This document shows positions 23,701-36,212 of a stretch of 64,000 nucleotides of DNA, one piece after another. The translations under genes were made by a program, and so were the position numbers. The notes under the pieces were generated by a model. That model had not been told where the DNA came from. It saw only the letters and a list, made by a program, of their open reading frames with translations, and searched no databases. How positions within the stretch are numbered: position 1 is the stretch's first letter; every line of letters starts with the position of its first letter. The stretch comes from Orbicella franksi. Lineage: Eukaryota. The DNA lies in contig OZ116711.1 in NCBI GenBank assembly GCA_964199315.1, forward strand, positions 868,001 through 932,000, read 5' to 3'.

Positions 23701-26700
23701 CTTTGTGCTCGACGAAGCTTTTCCGTATACTAAACGCCAAAGTTAACAGTATTAGGATTTGATATTATAGGTACAAGAAGTGTTTTTTTTTGCGGGGGGG
23801 GGGGGGGGGGGCGGTCAAGAGTTTTTATACAATCTGTGCAAAATTCCCTTTGAACGTTGAAATCATTGTTCCATGAATTGTACCTTTTCCCCTGGGTGTA
23901 AAACAACTCTTAACAAAAGTAAGTTTGACCCAATTGATTTTTGACATTATACCACAATATCTCTTTGTCCTCCATTCTTCTATTGTGTAAAAAAGTAGAC
24001 AACTAATTTTCTTTTTATTGATAAATTGCTTCACTCACTGAATTTTTAGGCAAGGAAATAGAGATCGTTTTCATAACTCTACTCCATATGCTAATGATCT
24101 ATGGCAGCAGGAAGAATTTACTAAATACATGTATGTCAATTTGACAAAAACGCACGTGGTGTACCCATGTTACTGCGAATTCTAATTGATGGTTCCTTTC
24201 AGCCCGCGGTTGTAGAGTTACAAGTCGTAATTTTCAGTGATTAAACTGATTAAATGTCATCTATAATAACTAATACTTTATTCAAATACAGAGTACAAAG
24301 AGTATATCTAAACATGACAGTCAACAAAAATCAAGTTTTAGTCTTAAATTCGTATATAACGCCTTTCGTAAGAAAGAGTTGCACAAATTTATAAAAAAAA
24401 ATGTAACATAACACGCGAACATGACTATCGTTTATGTTTCTATTTGGAATTCGCAGCAAAATTTGACTTGCTAATCTAAGGTATTTTACGCGCGTTTTTG
24501 TCAACTTTGCATATTTAGTCGGTGTTTCCTACTATAGTAGATAATTAGCATACAAAGTAGAGTTATCCGAAAGATCTCTAATAACATGTCGACGTCCTGC
24601 TACTCTTATTCTATTATTTTGTTGTTAATTTTTTTTTAGGTCAAGCGATCAACGCCCCATCTCAGTTGAAAATCCTTACTACGGCCGGTGAGAATCACGA
24701 TATAAATAGTCAACTAGTTAGTTTACCGTCCTACACAAGCTAACGGTCAACTCTAGCCTACCTCAGTCTTTTGATAGACAGACCGTATAGTGCGTAATTG
24801 TATGAAGACATGATTGATCATCGCAGTTATACACACAACTTAAGCAGTTGTGAAATTACATGTAAAGCCCGAACGGGAACGGGAATTGGAACGGGTTCGA
24901 ACCCGTGACCTCTTCGACACCGGTGCAGTGCTCTACCAACTTAGCTATCAGGGCAACTGGGAGCTGGTCATGATGGTGAAGATACACGTGATTACATGAG
25001 GTGCGGAGTTCAAATGTAGATCTTTCAAAGATTCACTTGTAGGGTGTAATGCTATTGTACATGTTATCTCGCCATGCATACCTTGTGCAGTAAGTTGTGT
25101 ATTTTTTTTATTTTTGTGTATTTTTTTGTTTTATCTGTACAGTGATGTCATAATTGCAAACACAAACGAGCTGTACACTGAGCCTGTTATTGGACACGCA
25201 AGAAAGAATGAAGCGCAACATTACAAGGATCTAGTCAAAAAAGATCAAGATTCACTCTACGATACTGCGGCCGATGGTGTTGCGTTGAGTCCCGTCTATG
25301 ACAGGTTTAATTTTTTGGAACAAAACCTATTCAAAAAATGATACATAGTTAAATAATAGATTATGATTGCTTTGTCTTTGGCTCTAGTTGTCAATATAAT
25401 GTTCATAAAAACTGTTACATGTAAAAATTTGTTGCGAATTTTTTGTCTTCCCCCGCGCAAGCATGCTCTAATACTGTCACATTAACGCGGTATTTTCTAA
25501 CTGACCCAATTAAACGTATTTGTTAATTTAGAATTAAGCATAGCGCTCTGAGGTCTGAAACACCTCACCTATTTTCCGGGAGGAGAAACGGTAGCCAAAT
25601 GGTAGACGCGTGGGAAGAGGGATGGGCCCCAGGCCGAGGCCACTGGGTTGTGTTCTTGGGCAAGACACTTTACTCTGTATTTTCTCTCTACCAAGGTGGA
25701 AAACCTGACGTCAGGGACCTTAATCCTGGTGTAATCCAGTCCGCGGGACAGGACAAATATTTTTGGTCGATTCATGCCATGGAAGCCGGAGTATATGTTC
25801 TGGGAACATTTTTTGCCGTGAACAGTTTTTGTAACTTGTACTATTTGCAGATTCTTACTTGGATTAATGTACTCTGATGTTCAGCTTTAAATTTAAAGGG
25901 TTTTTTTGCTTGTATTGTAGTGATTTGGTTGTCGCAAACACAAACGGGTCATGTTTCTCCCAAGACGAGTTGTACACTGAGCCGGTCACAGACGACCAAA
26001 AAAGGAATCTTCGGGCACATTACATGGGGCTAGTCAAAGGGAATCAAGATTCATTGCACCAGAGTGCGGCGGCTAGGTCTTCGATAAACCCCGTTTATGA
26101 AAGGTTTGATTTTCACGAACAAAAACGTTTTAATAGTTAGATTTGTGGGCTACATTATGAAATTATGATTATATTGGTTTGGTGTGGTTTGGCTTCGTTT
26201 CCTCGGACTGTCTCTATGGTGTCCTATTGAAATATCACGATATTGTGAGACGTTTCTGACATGGGCTTAAATTGAAGGAAAATTTAAAATAACAACTCCT
26301 AAAGGTAGGAAAACCTAAAAGGAGTAATAATCAACATATAGGTACAACTGAGGAAAATTAAGACGGATTATGAACAACAACTTCCAGTGTAAAGCCTGGT
26401 AAAATTTGCTTTACAATGTGCCATCTGTGATCAAGGTCCTTTTAAAAATGGTACACAATATCTTGTACCTACATCCTTTTTCTTGCCAACTACTTGCAGT
26501 TATTTTCATACATTTTTTGAGAAATTTGCGTATTTCTTTAGCTCCGACTACAGGAATGCAGAGGCGGAACCGCCTTTATATATGGAATTAGAGAAAGAAA
26601 CTCCCTTAGGGGAAGACGCTGCTGCCGATGCTGTGTTAAACCCCATATATAACAGGTTCGTTTGCCTCTTTTTAGTGAACTTTGAGCTATTTTATTTTAA

Positions 26701-27213
26701 TCGACTCCTCTCCTCTCTCGGCGGGGACTCACAATTTTTTCTTTGTCCCATACTCTTCACCAAGTGAATAAAATTTACTTATTTGAGTTGGACTAAGTTT
26801 AATGTCAATCACCTTTGCATTTATTTATAACTATACTCGACGCTTTCGTGTTTCGTGTTATCAACCTTAGCAGTAGATAAAAATAAATAAATAAATAAAC
26901 AAATAAATACGGTAATTGACCATTCCGACTTTTTAAGGCTTATGGAAACAAAAAATGAAACAAATAATGTAAATGAAGATAACTTTGTCAAAAATTCCAG
27001 CTCTATAATTCTTTATGCAGAACTTAGAAACATCAAGTAATTACTGTTACCATTACTCCCGTCAATGTCCTTTTGTTATTTAGTTTCATTCCACATTTCT
27101 ATAGAGCTATATTCAAATTCTCTCTTGCCTTTAATTGCCTCTTGCAATGTATTTAATGGTTTCAAATAAGCTTTATAAATGCATGTTTGCCTGTTGTTTG
27201 CAGCTCCACGTGA
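17797..27213 (+). CDS. Paralog C: SP-ApeC-CUB-stalk-TM receptor with tyrosine-motif tail, ~608 aa, 12 exons
   Basis: Exons 17797-17854 (MLWLQAISLITIFYSLKSS), 20080-20319, 20851-21231, 21502-21840, 21999-22157, 22843-22930 (TM), 23372-23416, 24640-24687, 25143-25304, 25921-26103, 26542-26655, 27204-27213. Total 1827 nt, open to TGA. Confidence 0.9.
18717..19538. mobile_element. Non-autonomous Mutator-like (long TIR, 9-bp TSD) DNA element carrying a GPCR gene fragment
   Basis: ~77-bp TIRs (cggcaggtatattttgcagggtgcagggtgcaggttgcaggttgaaat...) at 18717-18793 and 19462-19538. TSD cctaaattc at 18708-18716 and 19539-19547. No transposase. Confidence 0.85.
19253..19366 (-). pseudogene. Captured class A (rhodopsin-like) GPCR TM1-ICL1-TM2 fragment
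   Basis: Translates to AFFGNLLTCYAVYRNQRLRTLPNMFVIALGLGDVLMSI, matching the GN...RxLRT..N.F...L...D signature of TM1-TM2. Confidence 0.8.
22173..22536. mobile_element. MITE with short TIRs (agggagcttaagc / gcttaagttccgt) and AAT TSD
   Basis: AAT at 22170-22172 and 22537-22539. Non-coding interior. Confidence 0.7.
24800..24965 (-). mobile_element. tRNA-derived SINE copy
   Basis: Reverse complement reads gccctgatagctaagttggtagagcactgcaccggtgtcgaagaggtcacgggttcgaacccg, with pol III box A and box B, no valid acceptor stem or anticodon arm, and a 3' body. A degenerate relative lies near 16810-16870. Confidence 0.7.
25590..25790 (+). mobile_element. SINE-like repeat (gttgtgttcttgggcaagacactt family); related copy at ~50830-50915 on the - strand
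   Basis: Shared segment gttgtgttcttg(g/a)gca...tactct...cctctc...ccagg at two distant sites. Confidence 0.5.
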
Positions 27214-29163
27214 AGGAAGAACGATGAAGGTTCCTTGAGAGAGGGAAGGCTATTTTCAGACAGCATTGCACTCCGTTAGACCCGCATTTATAGTTAGAGT
27301 TTACTATATCAGTGTGAAGTTAAACAGTTTTATTATGTTAGTAGAAAATTCAACTCACCAGGTTTTAGAGATATTTTCTAATTAATTTATAATGCTAGAC
27401 ATCATAGGCAGGATATTATTGCATAAAGGAAGGATGATTTTTCCGTCTTTTTTGACAAACTTGTTTCACTTTTATCAACATATAGTTATTGTCGAAAGGA
27501 TGGGTCATTCCGTATAGAGTGAGGAGTACAAAGTACAATGAACGTCCGCCCTATCCCATCAGTATCTAAATTTGTAGATAAATCCAAAAATATTTTAAAA
27601 TATTAGCTCATCCATACTGTGTAAGCAACTACAGTCAAGAGCGTAGGACAAAGAAGAATAATAACACTACGAAAGCACGTATTTTTGATAATTTCCGTTT
27701 TCTTCATTATAATTTTTAAGATGCATTGTCACGTTAGTGAATATTTGCCATTGAATGTTTAATGGTTGTAAAAATAGTCTTCGGTAGGAATAGAAAGGCT
27801 GAAGAATAAGAACTTTTTTAAAAATAGCCTTTCTCTCTTCTTACAATATAGACATGAAGCATGAGATCATAGTCCATTGCATAAAGCAAGCCCTTTAGAA
27901 ATTAAAATCAGGTGATATCATGCTTTCCATAATCCAAATCCAAACAAACTAAAGACAACCCCTACGACTCCCCCCAAATATCCTTTCCTTCGCTACTTCA
28001 TCCTTCCCATCACTTAAACCAGTTTCCCTGTGTCACTGAGACTCTTTCGAAATATCATTTAAGAAGCCTGCACTCTGTGCGCTTACCCCCGACCCCTTTG
28101 ATGATGCCCTCAATTTTCCAGACGTTGTAATTTTCGTTCAGTACCTGGAAATGACTTAATACTCTAGCTTCCTCCTATGCAGTTAAAGCTGCAATAGAAA
28201 GCGAACCTGTCTACCACTACAACACACTACTGAAAACATTCTTCTCTAGTAACTTATAGTCCTAGTTCTTCCCGGGTAAAACTTGTCTAATCACAATTGA
28301 GAGGCGTTTGCTCATTACATAGTTTCATGTCTCTTGTATATTGCTTACTATATTTCAGAAGTAACTGGCTTTAGACTGTAAGACCATAGCATCGATCACT
28401 GTCTCTCTGTCACTCATGTGTAACGCGACACAGTCACTTAATCCGTCACATGCGCCGCATTGAACAACAGCCAAATTACTTCCCTTCGACCCTGACCCTA
28501 AGGCGATGGCTTTTGAAGACTGTGACTGTCGAAGGTTTTTCACTGGAAAGCTCTTTTTGTTTTGGGTTGAAAATCAGAAATGACTTTTACCCAAATGTCT
28601 TTTAGTTGGAAATAACTCTGTACTGCAGATATTTCCCGAAACCAAATAATTACCCTAATCAATGACTGTAAAACAGATGTCTATGATCCAGACATAAAAT
28701 GATATGTGTGCGAAAATAGCCGCACAACTCTCTTCGAATTTGGTATTCGGTAAACTTTTGAAGTAAGAGGTTCCGGTGTCACGCAAAAAGCTCAGAGTTA
28801 ACAGCGATTTTTTAAGTCATGAGTGTTTCAGTTCATCGAACCGAAGAGACGGGTCAATTCGATCTATCCATTGACATGGACACTCATAAGGGAATCAACA
28901 GCTGCTGCACCTCGATTGCAGACGAACCTTTAAAATCAGTGGAGCGAAAAGTAATGAGAGTTTTAATCATCCTGGCGGTCATTGTGTTCAACAGAGTCCT
29001 GTTCAATTAAATCACTTTAGCCAAAAACTCTTCAGGCCAGTGTCCACTGACGATTCATACGTCATAGGTCATCTTAGTAACAAACGAAAATGCATAATGT
29101 AACACTTATGATAGCAAGCAGAATCACAGACACATGTTGTAAACAGTGTGAAATTCCATAGCA

Positions 29164-32100
29164 ATGAATTGCTCAAGAGCAGTCCAGCTTATTCTGTTAG
29201 CAGGTATGTTAATCGTGTTATTGCATCATGGACGCAAGTTGCACTATAGACACTGTACGTTAAAATGTATTCACGATAACGACGAACTTCATTCCATCGC
29301 GTGGTAACGTGTTTACAAATAGCATTTATAAGATGTTTAACCTTCCAATTATGTGAAATCTTTCGACTGAGAAGTCCTGTCCAGCCTTGAGCGATATTGT
29401 TTTAGTAGCCAACATTGCCTGTACTTTGGTACAAAACGCGGTGCCTCAAATTGTGGGATTGTTCACCCGGGGTTGTTCAACGACGAAACTGCAGATCGCT
29501 CTCATGCACAGATTTTAGCGGCGTGCAGCTTTCTTTTCCTTGGCAACACAGAGCTTCAAAATCGCGCCATAGTTTGTTTAGTTAAGGAAAGACATTACGT
29601 TATTTTCCCTCGTTCTGAATATAGTAGTCCTTAGAGCGATCATTTAACATTGTGCCCTATAAGTTAAAAAGTGCGAGTACAAAGGGCCATTAGCAAACTA
29701 TTAATGCGGCGTAATTGTGGTAGTGCATGTAGGACAAAGCAGACAAAATGATTCAATTGTCTGTTCACGCACAAGTTCTATTTTGCCGAACGCAGCAGGC
29801 TCTATTCGACCTTTTACTTTTTACATGGAAACCTTCTGTGGAATTGTTTTGGCATGTCAGTGGAAAGGAAGTGATTTCTCTTTAGCTTCGCTGCTGATGC
29901 ATAACGCTTCGCGATGGCCGCTCAAGCTGACGCTCTGATCACTCTGATATGTTTTTCTTGCAATCTACTCACATGTAAATCACGTTAATTAAACAAGGCG
30001 AAGGCAGACTAGAATGACAGATTACTCATCCGTGTTCAGCTTTGAAAGCAACTGACTGCGTGACATAGTCTGAAATAATCAAAGCGTTTATTCACGTAAA
30101 CTGAAAGAAACCCGAATAAATCTCAACTTTCCTGGAACCTACTTTTTCATATTCTTGGGGGAACCTGAGCTGATGTATCCAGAATCATGTAATCCCCGAA
30201 ATTAGATAGATTTCCGCCCCCGTCAAAATATGAATACGCCAGGAATCTGTCACACAATGGAAGGCGCTACGTAACTTTCTAAGGGAACTCTGATTTTAAA
30301 CATAAGTTTTGAATTTTATAGGAATCATTTTGTTAAAGACGTGGGCGAAGGATGCAGGTAAAACAAATACTTTTGTTGTTGGTGTTGTTGTTGTTTTTAT
30401 GTGTTTAACTACTTAAGAAGTTCATACTGCAACGTAACTGTCACCGGCGGTAATTTTGTTTTTACTCCTGAATGGTCAAAAGACATCTTATTTTTGCGCA
30501 TATTGCATTGGTGAAAGCTCGTCACACCAGGTATTTTATAACCAAATAAAAAGAGCTTTGGTTTCAAAAGTGATTCGAACACTCTAATAATTTTCTTTAT
30601 GTTTTAGTTCGTTTGGTTGGAGGCCCCTCGGCTGGAGAGGGCCGAGTTGAAGTGTATTATTCCGAAGCCTGGGGTTTAGTGTGCGGTGAAAACTGGGATA
30701 TGGTGGATGCCAGTGTTGTTTGCCAAATGTTAGGCTATGGTGGAGCCTCAGCACATTTACAGAATATCACCCTGGAACAGGAAAATGACACGAAGTGGCT
30801 GAGTGACGTGCAGTGTATTGGAAACGAGAGTTCCCTTGCTCAGTGTGCTCACACTGGGTGGGGAAAACACAGCTGCAACATAAGTCAGGCCGCGGGTGTC
30901 ACGTGCTTTGAACGACGCTGGGGTGAGTTTGTTTCATTGTCTATAGCAAGAGAGGATAAGCTTGTTCATTTTGTCGTGCGGATAATTAAATTTGGTAAAA
31001 ATAATTTCTTATCTTCATTGGTATGACTGCACCGAAATTGCCTCACGCTCTGCATAAATTTGCAGATTTCTCCTCTAGAGAACTTCGTAATACCTATAGG
31101 TATTGTGGAGAGTATTTATACGACCTTCGCACTTGTGATCGTCCTGGTATACGTTCATGCCCGGCAAGTTGTGTTCAGAGTTCCTTTTTTGCCCCACCCA
31201 CCTACCCTCAGCGACGGAAACCTCCGTCCCGCTATACTTCTTCCTTATTTTAGTATCTCCGTGTGTACCATAGAGGTGCAGCATGGCAATGAAAGTTATT
31301 CTACTAGTGCCAAGAATTTAAACTTAATTGGCATAACTAACAATTATCCTGCAATATCGTGAGGAATGCTGGCTTATACTTCATAGCATAGTCTGAAAAA
31401 CTGAGAACTGAAAATTACCTATTCAGGGCAGTCAACCCTAGCGCATTTTAATGTTAGATTAGCGTTTTGCAAAACGAATCCTTAAGTCTTGTATTAGTGA
31501 CATATAACTAGGACAATTGGCCAAAAATTAGTATCTTAATTGAATAATGCCATGTAATATCCAGAAGTTATTCAATGAATATATTCGCTCCATTATTGTT
31601 GTTTTAGATATCTCCTCAGCGAAACCGCAGTTTATTTCAAGCACCCTAGACACCATAACCATGAAGTGTAATGTGCCTGGCGTGACGCCAATGCAGTATA
31701 CGGTACAAATATGGTCAAATGCTACTAAAACATGGCGTGACACTAGATGTAGTCATGACAATGCGAATGGTTCGTGTGTTGTAAGAACGCTTAATGCAAA
31801 GGTCACTGTTACGGGTCTAGCTCCTGGGCATGCGTATTACTTCAGATTTGTTTCTCCTTCCCTGGAGTCAAGCCAGGTATCAGAGTCAATGGTAACCAAG
31901 CAACTAGGTAAGGTGCTGAGTCGAATTATTTGTGACTTATTTAGGCTGATTTTAAAACGTTGGATTAAAAGCAAGGATTTGATATTTTTACCCATTACCT
32001 GTGGTGGTTCTAACCTTAATTGAAACGTCGGAAACACTATTATCAGCTCTTTAAAAATTCGTTTTAGTCAGCCCTTTAGGTCTGGTTAAATTTTAGGTTT

Positions 32101-35100
32101 TCTTCACTTCCAGCTTCGCAAAACAGTTTGTAAACAGCCTGGTTGCCCGAGACTATTATGCAGACACAACCCTCAGAATCCCTTTACGCAAGTGACTGGG
32201 ACCAGAACACGGTCTTTGCTTAAGAAAAGACCCAGCACTCATTACAACACAAATCCTGATATTTTATTTCAAACCCCGATGACCTAAAGAGCGAACGAAT
32301 CACAACTGCTGTTAGAAACAAACAACAACAAACAAACAAAAGAGCGAAGAAAGAGTTCCCATGTAACTTAGTACACTGTTTATCTTTAAGGTTATGCCAC
32401 AGCACCACGTTTCGTTTCAAGTTCTAAAAGTTCTATCACAATAGCCTGGGAGTTCAACACATCAGTGCCCCACAAGAACTACTCAGTAGAAATGAAATGC
32501 TGTCAGGAAACGACATGGACAGACGCGCACTGTACAGAAAATCTGTATGGCCAAGGTTGTACTGTCAGTAATAATACAGCGACTGTGATTGGTCTAAAAA
32601 AGGACAAGGCGTATTACTTTAGAGTGTACGTGGTTTATAGCAATTGGACGAGTGTAGCGAGTGTCTCAAGTGAAGCAATGATGATAAAATCCGGTAAGTT
32701 TTGTAAGCTTTTACGAGGGTTCTATCCACAGTAATCATAAACAGTCACCTGATTGATTTTAGTATTATTGGTTTAAAGTAATGATTGAATTACATACATA
32801 TATACATACATACATACTTTATTGTTACCTCCCCGATGGGGCTTTTCAGGAACAATTACTTAAATTACTAAGTTACTAATAACTACACAATCAAAATTAA
32901 TCAAATTTAAAAAAACATTTACAACATTATCTAAACTTTGTAGTCGCGAAAAATACTAAAAATAAATGAAGTTTAGGGAGTATTTACAAAATTGTCTAAA
33001 AGCTTATTCTTTAAGATACGTTTAAAAACTTGAACTGAACAGCTTGATTTTAAAAAGGGGTCTAAATTGTTCCAAAGGCCAATAGTTCTTTAATAAAATG
33101 TTCTTTGTCCTGAGGCTGTTTTAAAAATAAGGTATATCAAGCTTATCAAATTACATGTATTTTGTAAGAACATAATCGAGTCAAAACAATCAAACACTTT
33201 GTTGATCAACTCTATGAACAGGTTTAGTCCATTTTCAAAGAACTGATCTCTATCGACAATGCAGAACGGTCCCGAGATCACGGGGGGGGGGGGGTGGCGG
33301 GTGGGGGGGGGGGCTCCCATATAAAAAGGACTGGGATGCTCATCGTACCTTTTAGGGGTTAAAACACAGTTTAGATACTGTTAACTACTCCGGATGGCAA
33401 AAGTTTTATTGCTTGAACACACACACACTAATAAAGAGTGAAATGCCGAGCTAAACCTACAAGTTTTTTACTTATGTAAATCTTAGAAAGTTCCAGAAGT
33501 GTCTCTGCATATATTTGGGGTGCGGGACAATGCATACTAATTATCAAACACTCTGCATTACGACTATGCCTGAAAGGTGACAGAATAAATAGAACTACAT
33601 AAGCTGATTATGTAACAGATACCTCTTAGGGTGTTCAACCTTAAAAGCTCTACAGCAGGAGCTTTTGCAGTACCTTTTAGGGTATTGAGCCGAAAAAATG
33701 CGACTGGAGGTAGTGTGTTCTTTTTAGAATTGGTACCTCTTACGGTTGAAAATCGTTCTGGGCCTTACCCAGAAAACGGGATCTTTGTACCTCTTATATA
33801 ATTAGGGATTCTATTTTGAATTTCCGACGAGCACTCTGGTCCTTTTTATAGGGGAGTCTCCCCCCACCGGGACCGAGACAATTGTGTATTGTGTTAAATT
33901 GCCATAACCACATTAAAAAATTAAAACTCTTTAGTCAGTATCGGTTATTTTCCGGCGCGTTTGCGGGTTCATAGATGAGACTGTATGTCATGATTTTATT
34001 TTTTCAGGTATTTTCCGTAAGGGTAAAATTTGGATCGCCTCACTTTCTTCAGATTGTGTGACGTCTCAAGTAGGTGACGTAATAACTATGTTTTGTCATG
34101 TTCCTGGTGACACACCAAATCCCCAAGTTTACAGATGGACGAAAGGGGATAGCACGATCCTTGATGACAGTAAGGATGGCGTATTAAATCTAACGATATC
34201 TTCAGCTGATGACTTTGGGTTGTACTCGTGTCACGTGATCAATTCTGGGGGTAACGCAATCTACAACATTACCATTTGCCAGAAGACATCTATTAAAGAG
34301 AAGGTCACGCAAGGTATATAACGTAAATTGTAGAAAGAATCAATTCTCACTGACTTGATTTAATTCTCAGCTAGCATGAAGCAGCTAGTTTCCCGTGTAG
34401 AAGTCTATCCTGATTCAAACTGCTATCAGAATGTTGATTCGGTAATCTAGGCTATTGATCGTCCGCTTTTGACATTAAAGGAGCTCAGCCACGGTTTGCG
34501 CATATTGAAAAGTTTAGCCTCAATTTTTCAAATTCGTCGTTTGTAATCCGTGTCAATCTTCTCCATCCTTAGCCATCCTTGTTCCTTTATGGTTTATCAT
34601 TATCTCTTTGGTGTTTTTCTATCTTATTAAACTGTTATTTTCAGGTTTCCTACCATTTAAAGGTAATTTTGTATGTGGCCAAAATAACTTAAAATAACGT
34701 GACTGAGCTCCTTTAAAGTGCATACGAGATTAAAGTTGATTCCTATTGATAAAGAGACCCAACGAGACTGAACCTTGTTGGGTTCTTTATCATTTCAGTG
34801 CCAAAGTTACCTATATAAATAATCATGCAGGGTATAATACCCTTCTTCACTTTTTCTTTAAAATCACTGGCTCGTCACATTCTTTTGTTTTTCCTTTTCT
34901 TGACAGATTCCATGAACAGTATAGTTATAGCCATTATAACAACTTCTTTTATATGTTTTGGAATATTTATTGTTGTATTGATCCTCTTAAAAATGGCTCA
35001 GATCTACCGACGAAGGAAAAAGCAATCAAAGGAGGCACGACGCGAAGAGATGGCCATGCTTCATTACAGACAAAAGTCATTCAGAAGTGGAAACAACAAC

Positions 35101-35127
35101 GAAGAAGAGCTTGATTTAAATACCTAG
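29164..35127 (+). CDS. Gene E: SP-SRCR(group A)-FN3-FN3-Ig-TM receptor, ~506-533 aa
   Basis: Exons 29164-29203 and 30322-30357 (MNCSRAVQLILLA/GIILLKTWAKDA), 30608-30922 (VRLVGG...GRVEVY...VC...VVCQMLGY, 6 Cys), tentative 31066-31146, 31608-31907 (VTGLAPGHAYYFRF), 32391-32693 (VIGLKKDKAYYFRV), 34008-34313 (C...W...LTI...DDFGLYSC), 34907-35127 (TM plus tail to TAG). All phase 1. Confidence 0.85.
33271..33871. mobile_element. MITE (cccg...gggactcccatataaaa TIR family) interrupted by a solo LTR
   Basis: Inverted ends ...gggctcccatataaaaaggactgggatgctcatcg / cgacgagcactctggtcctttttataggggagtctccccc...cggg. Interior similar to the uninterrupted copy at 35945-36212. Confidence 0.7.
33379..33617. 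mobile_element. Solo LTR (TG...CA, 239 bp) with 5-bp TSD GATAC
   Basis: Starts TGTTA and ends TAACA. GATAC at 33374-33378 and 33618-33622. Internal AATAAA. Absent from the sibling MITE at 35945-36212. Confidence 0.72.
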
Positions 35128-35944
35128 TCAGCGTACCCCTTCTCTGCCACACATTCTCCATTAAGGTCACAAGGGATCCCTCCTTCATGGTCAATGCCAT
35201 GAATTAGAAATCAAACCGTGACACCACGAAGTGGAAGTAGCGAATCGTCAATATGAAGTTTGAAATTAGATTCAATATGTGTACATGTAACTACTGCTTA
35301 GCTCCAGTTGGTTCGAATATACTGAATACCTCTCTGCTTCCCCTACTATCCTTCCTCTTAACACCGATTTCAACTCGCCGTTAGAACGTAAACACTTTAT
35401 GTTTAAGGATCGTAAAACACAACAAAACAAGTACAACTCACACAACAACTACCAGTCATATAGTGATCGATTTGATAGTGCGCTACCAAGTTTAGCGGAG
35501 TGTTGTTTTATCTAGTGTAGTTATCTTGTTATGATGCATGGGAAATGAAATTGATAAGATGTGAACTCATTTGTTACTAGTATTGTGATCTGAATGTGCC
35601 TTTCAATACAACGAGGCTGTTCCATGATAGAGGCGCACGAAACACAAAGCAAGAGTCTTGGGGAAAATGGCTACACCTCTTAATCTATATTTTTATTTCC
35701 AGCCCTCTGTACTTTTAGACATTTTTTTATCACTAATTTCACCCTGACTGCAACTCAGACCGTGTTTCGAAACTGTTCAAGGTTTTCCTGGTATGACGAT
35801 TAAGCCGGTCTAAATTCCAAGAGGACTATGTGGAGGCGTCCAATTCTCTCCATGCCCCCTGAGACTTCCCTGTTGAATTGTCGCTCGTTAAATTCCCCGA
35901 GTTGTCTGTATTTCTCGCGCTCCCCGATCTTACGAGAGAGTACA

Positions 35945-36212
35945 CCCGGTGTGTGTGTGTGTGAGGGGGGGGGGGGGGGGGACTCCCATATAAAAACGAC
36001 GGGGGTGCTTGTCGTACCTTTCAGGGGTTAAAACGCGGTTTTGGTACTTCTTAGGGTGTTCAGTCTCAAAAGGGCCACAGCGGGAGCTTTTGCGGTACCT
36101 TTCAGGGTATTGAGCTGAAAAATATGACTTTTGAGTATCTTCTTGGGGATTTTTTTCAAAATTTCGAACGAGCACCCCCGTCCGTTTTATATCAGAGTTC
36201 CTCGCCCCCAGG
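35945..36212. mobile_element. MITE, same family as 33271-33871
   Basis: TIRs gggactcccatataaaaacgacgggggtgcttgtcg / cgaacgagcacccccgtccgttttatatcagagttcc. Confidence 0.7.

Noticed and set aside
24895-24965. Possible tRNA gene on the - strand
   Set aside because: Has box A and box B but no pairing acceptor stem or proper anticodon arm, and continues into a repeat body. It is a SINE head.
15503-26655. Canonical ITAM in the tails
   Set aside because: No YxxL/I pair spaced by 6-8 residues. The YxxL motifs are isolated.
27900-28800. Degraded LINE or other coding remnant between genes C and E
   Set aside because: Only vague similarity and many stops in all frames. No motif I can support.
28819-29010. 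ORF with a hydrophobic end as the signal peptide of gene E
   Set aside because: No splice donor follows it. Exons 29164-29203 and 30322-30357 give a better in-frame signal peptide.
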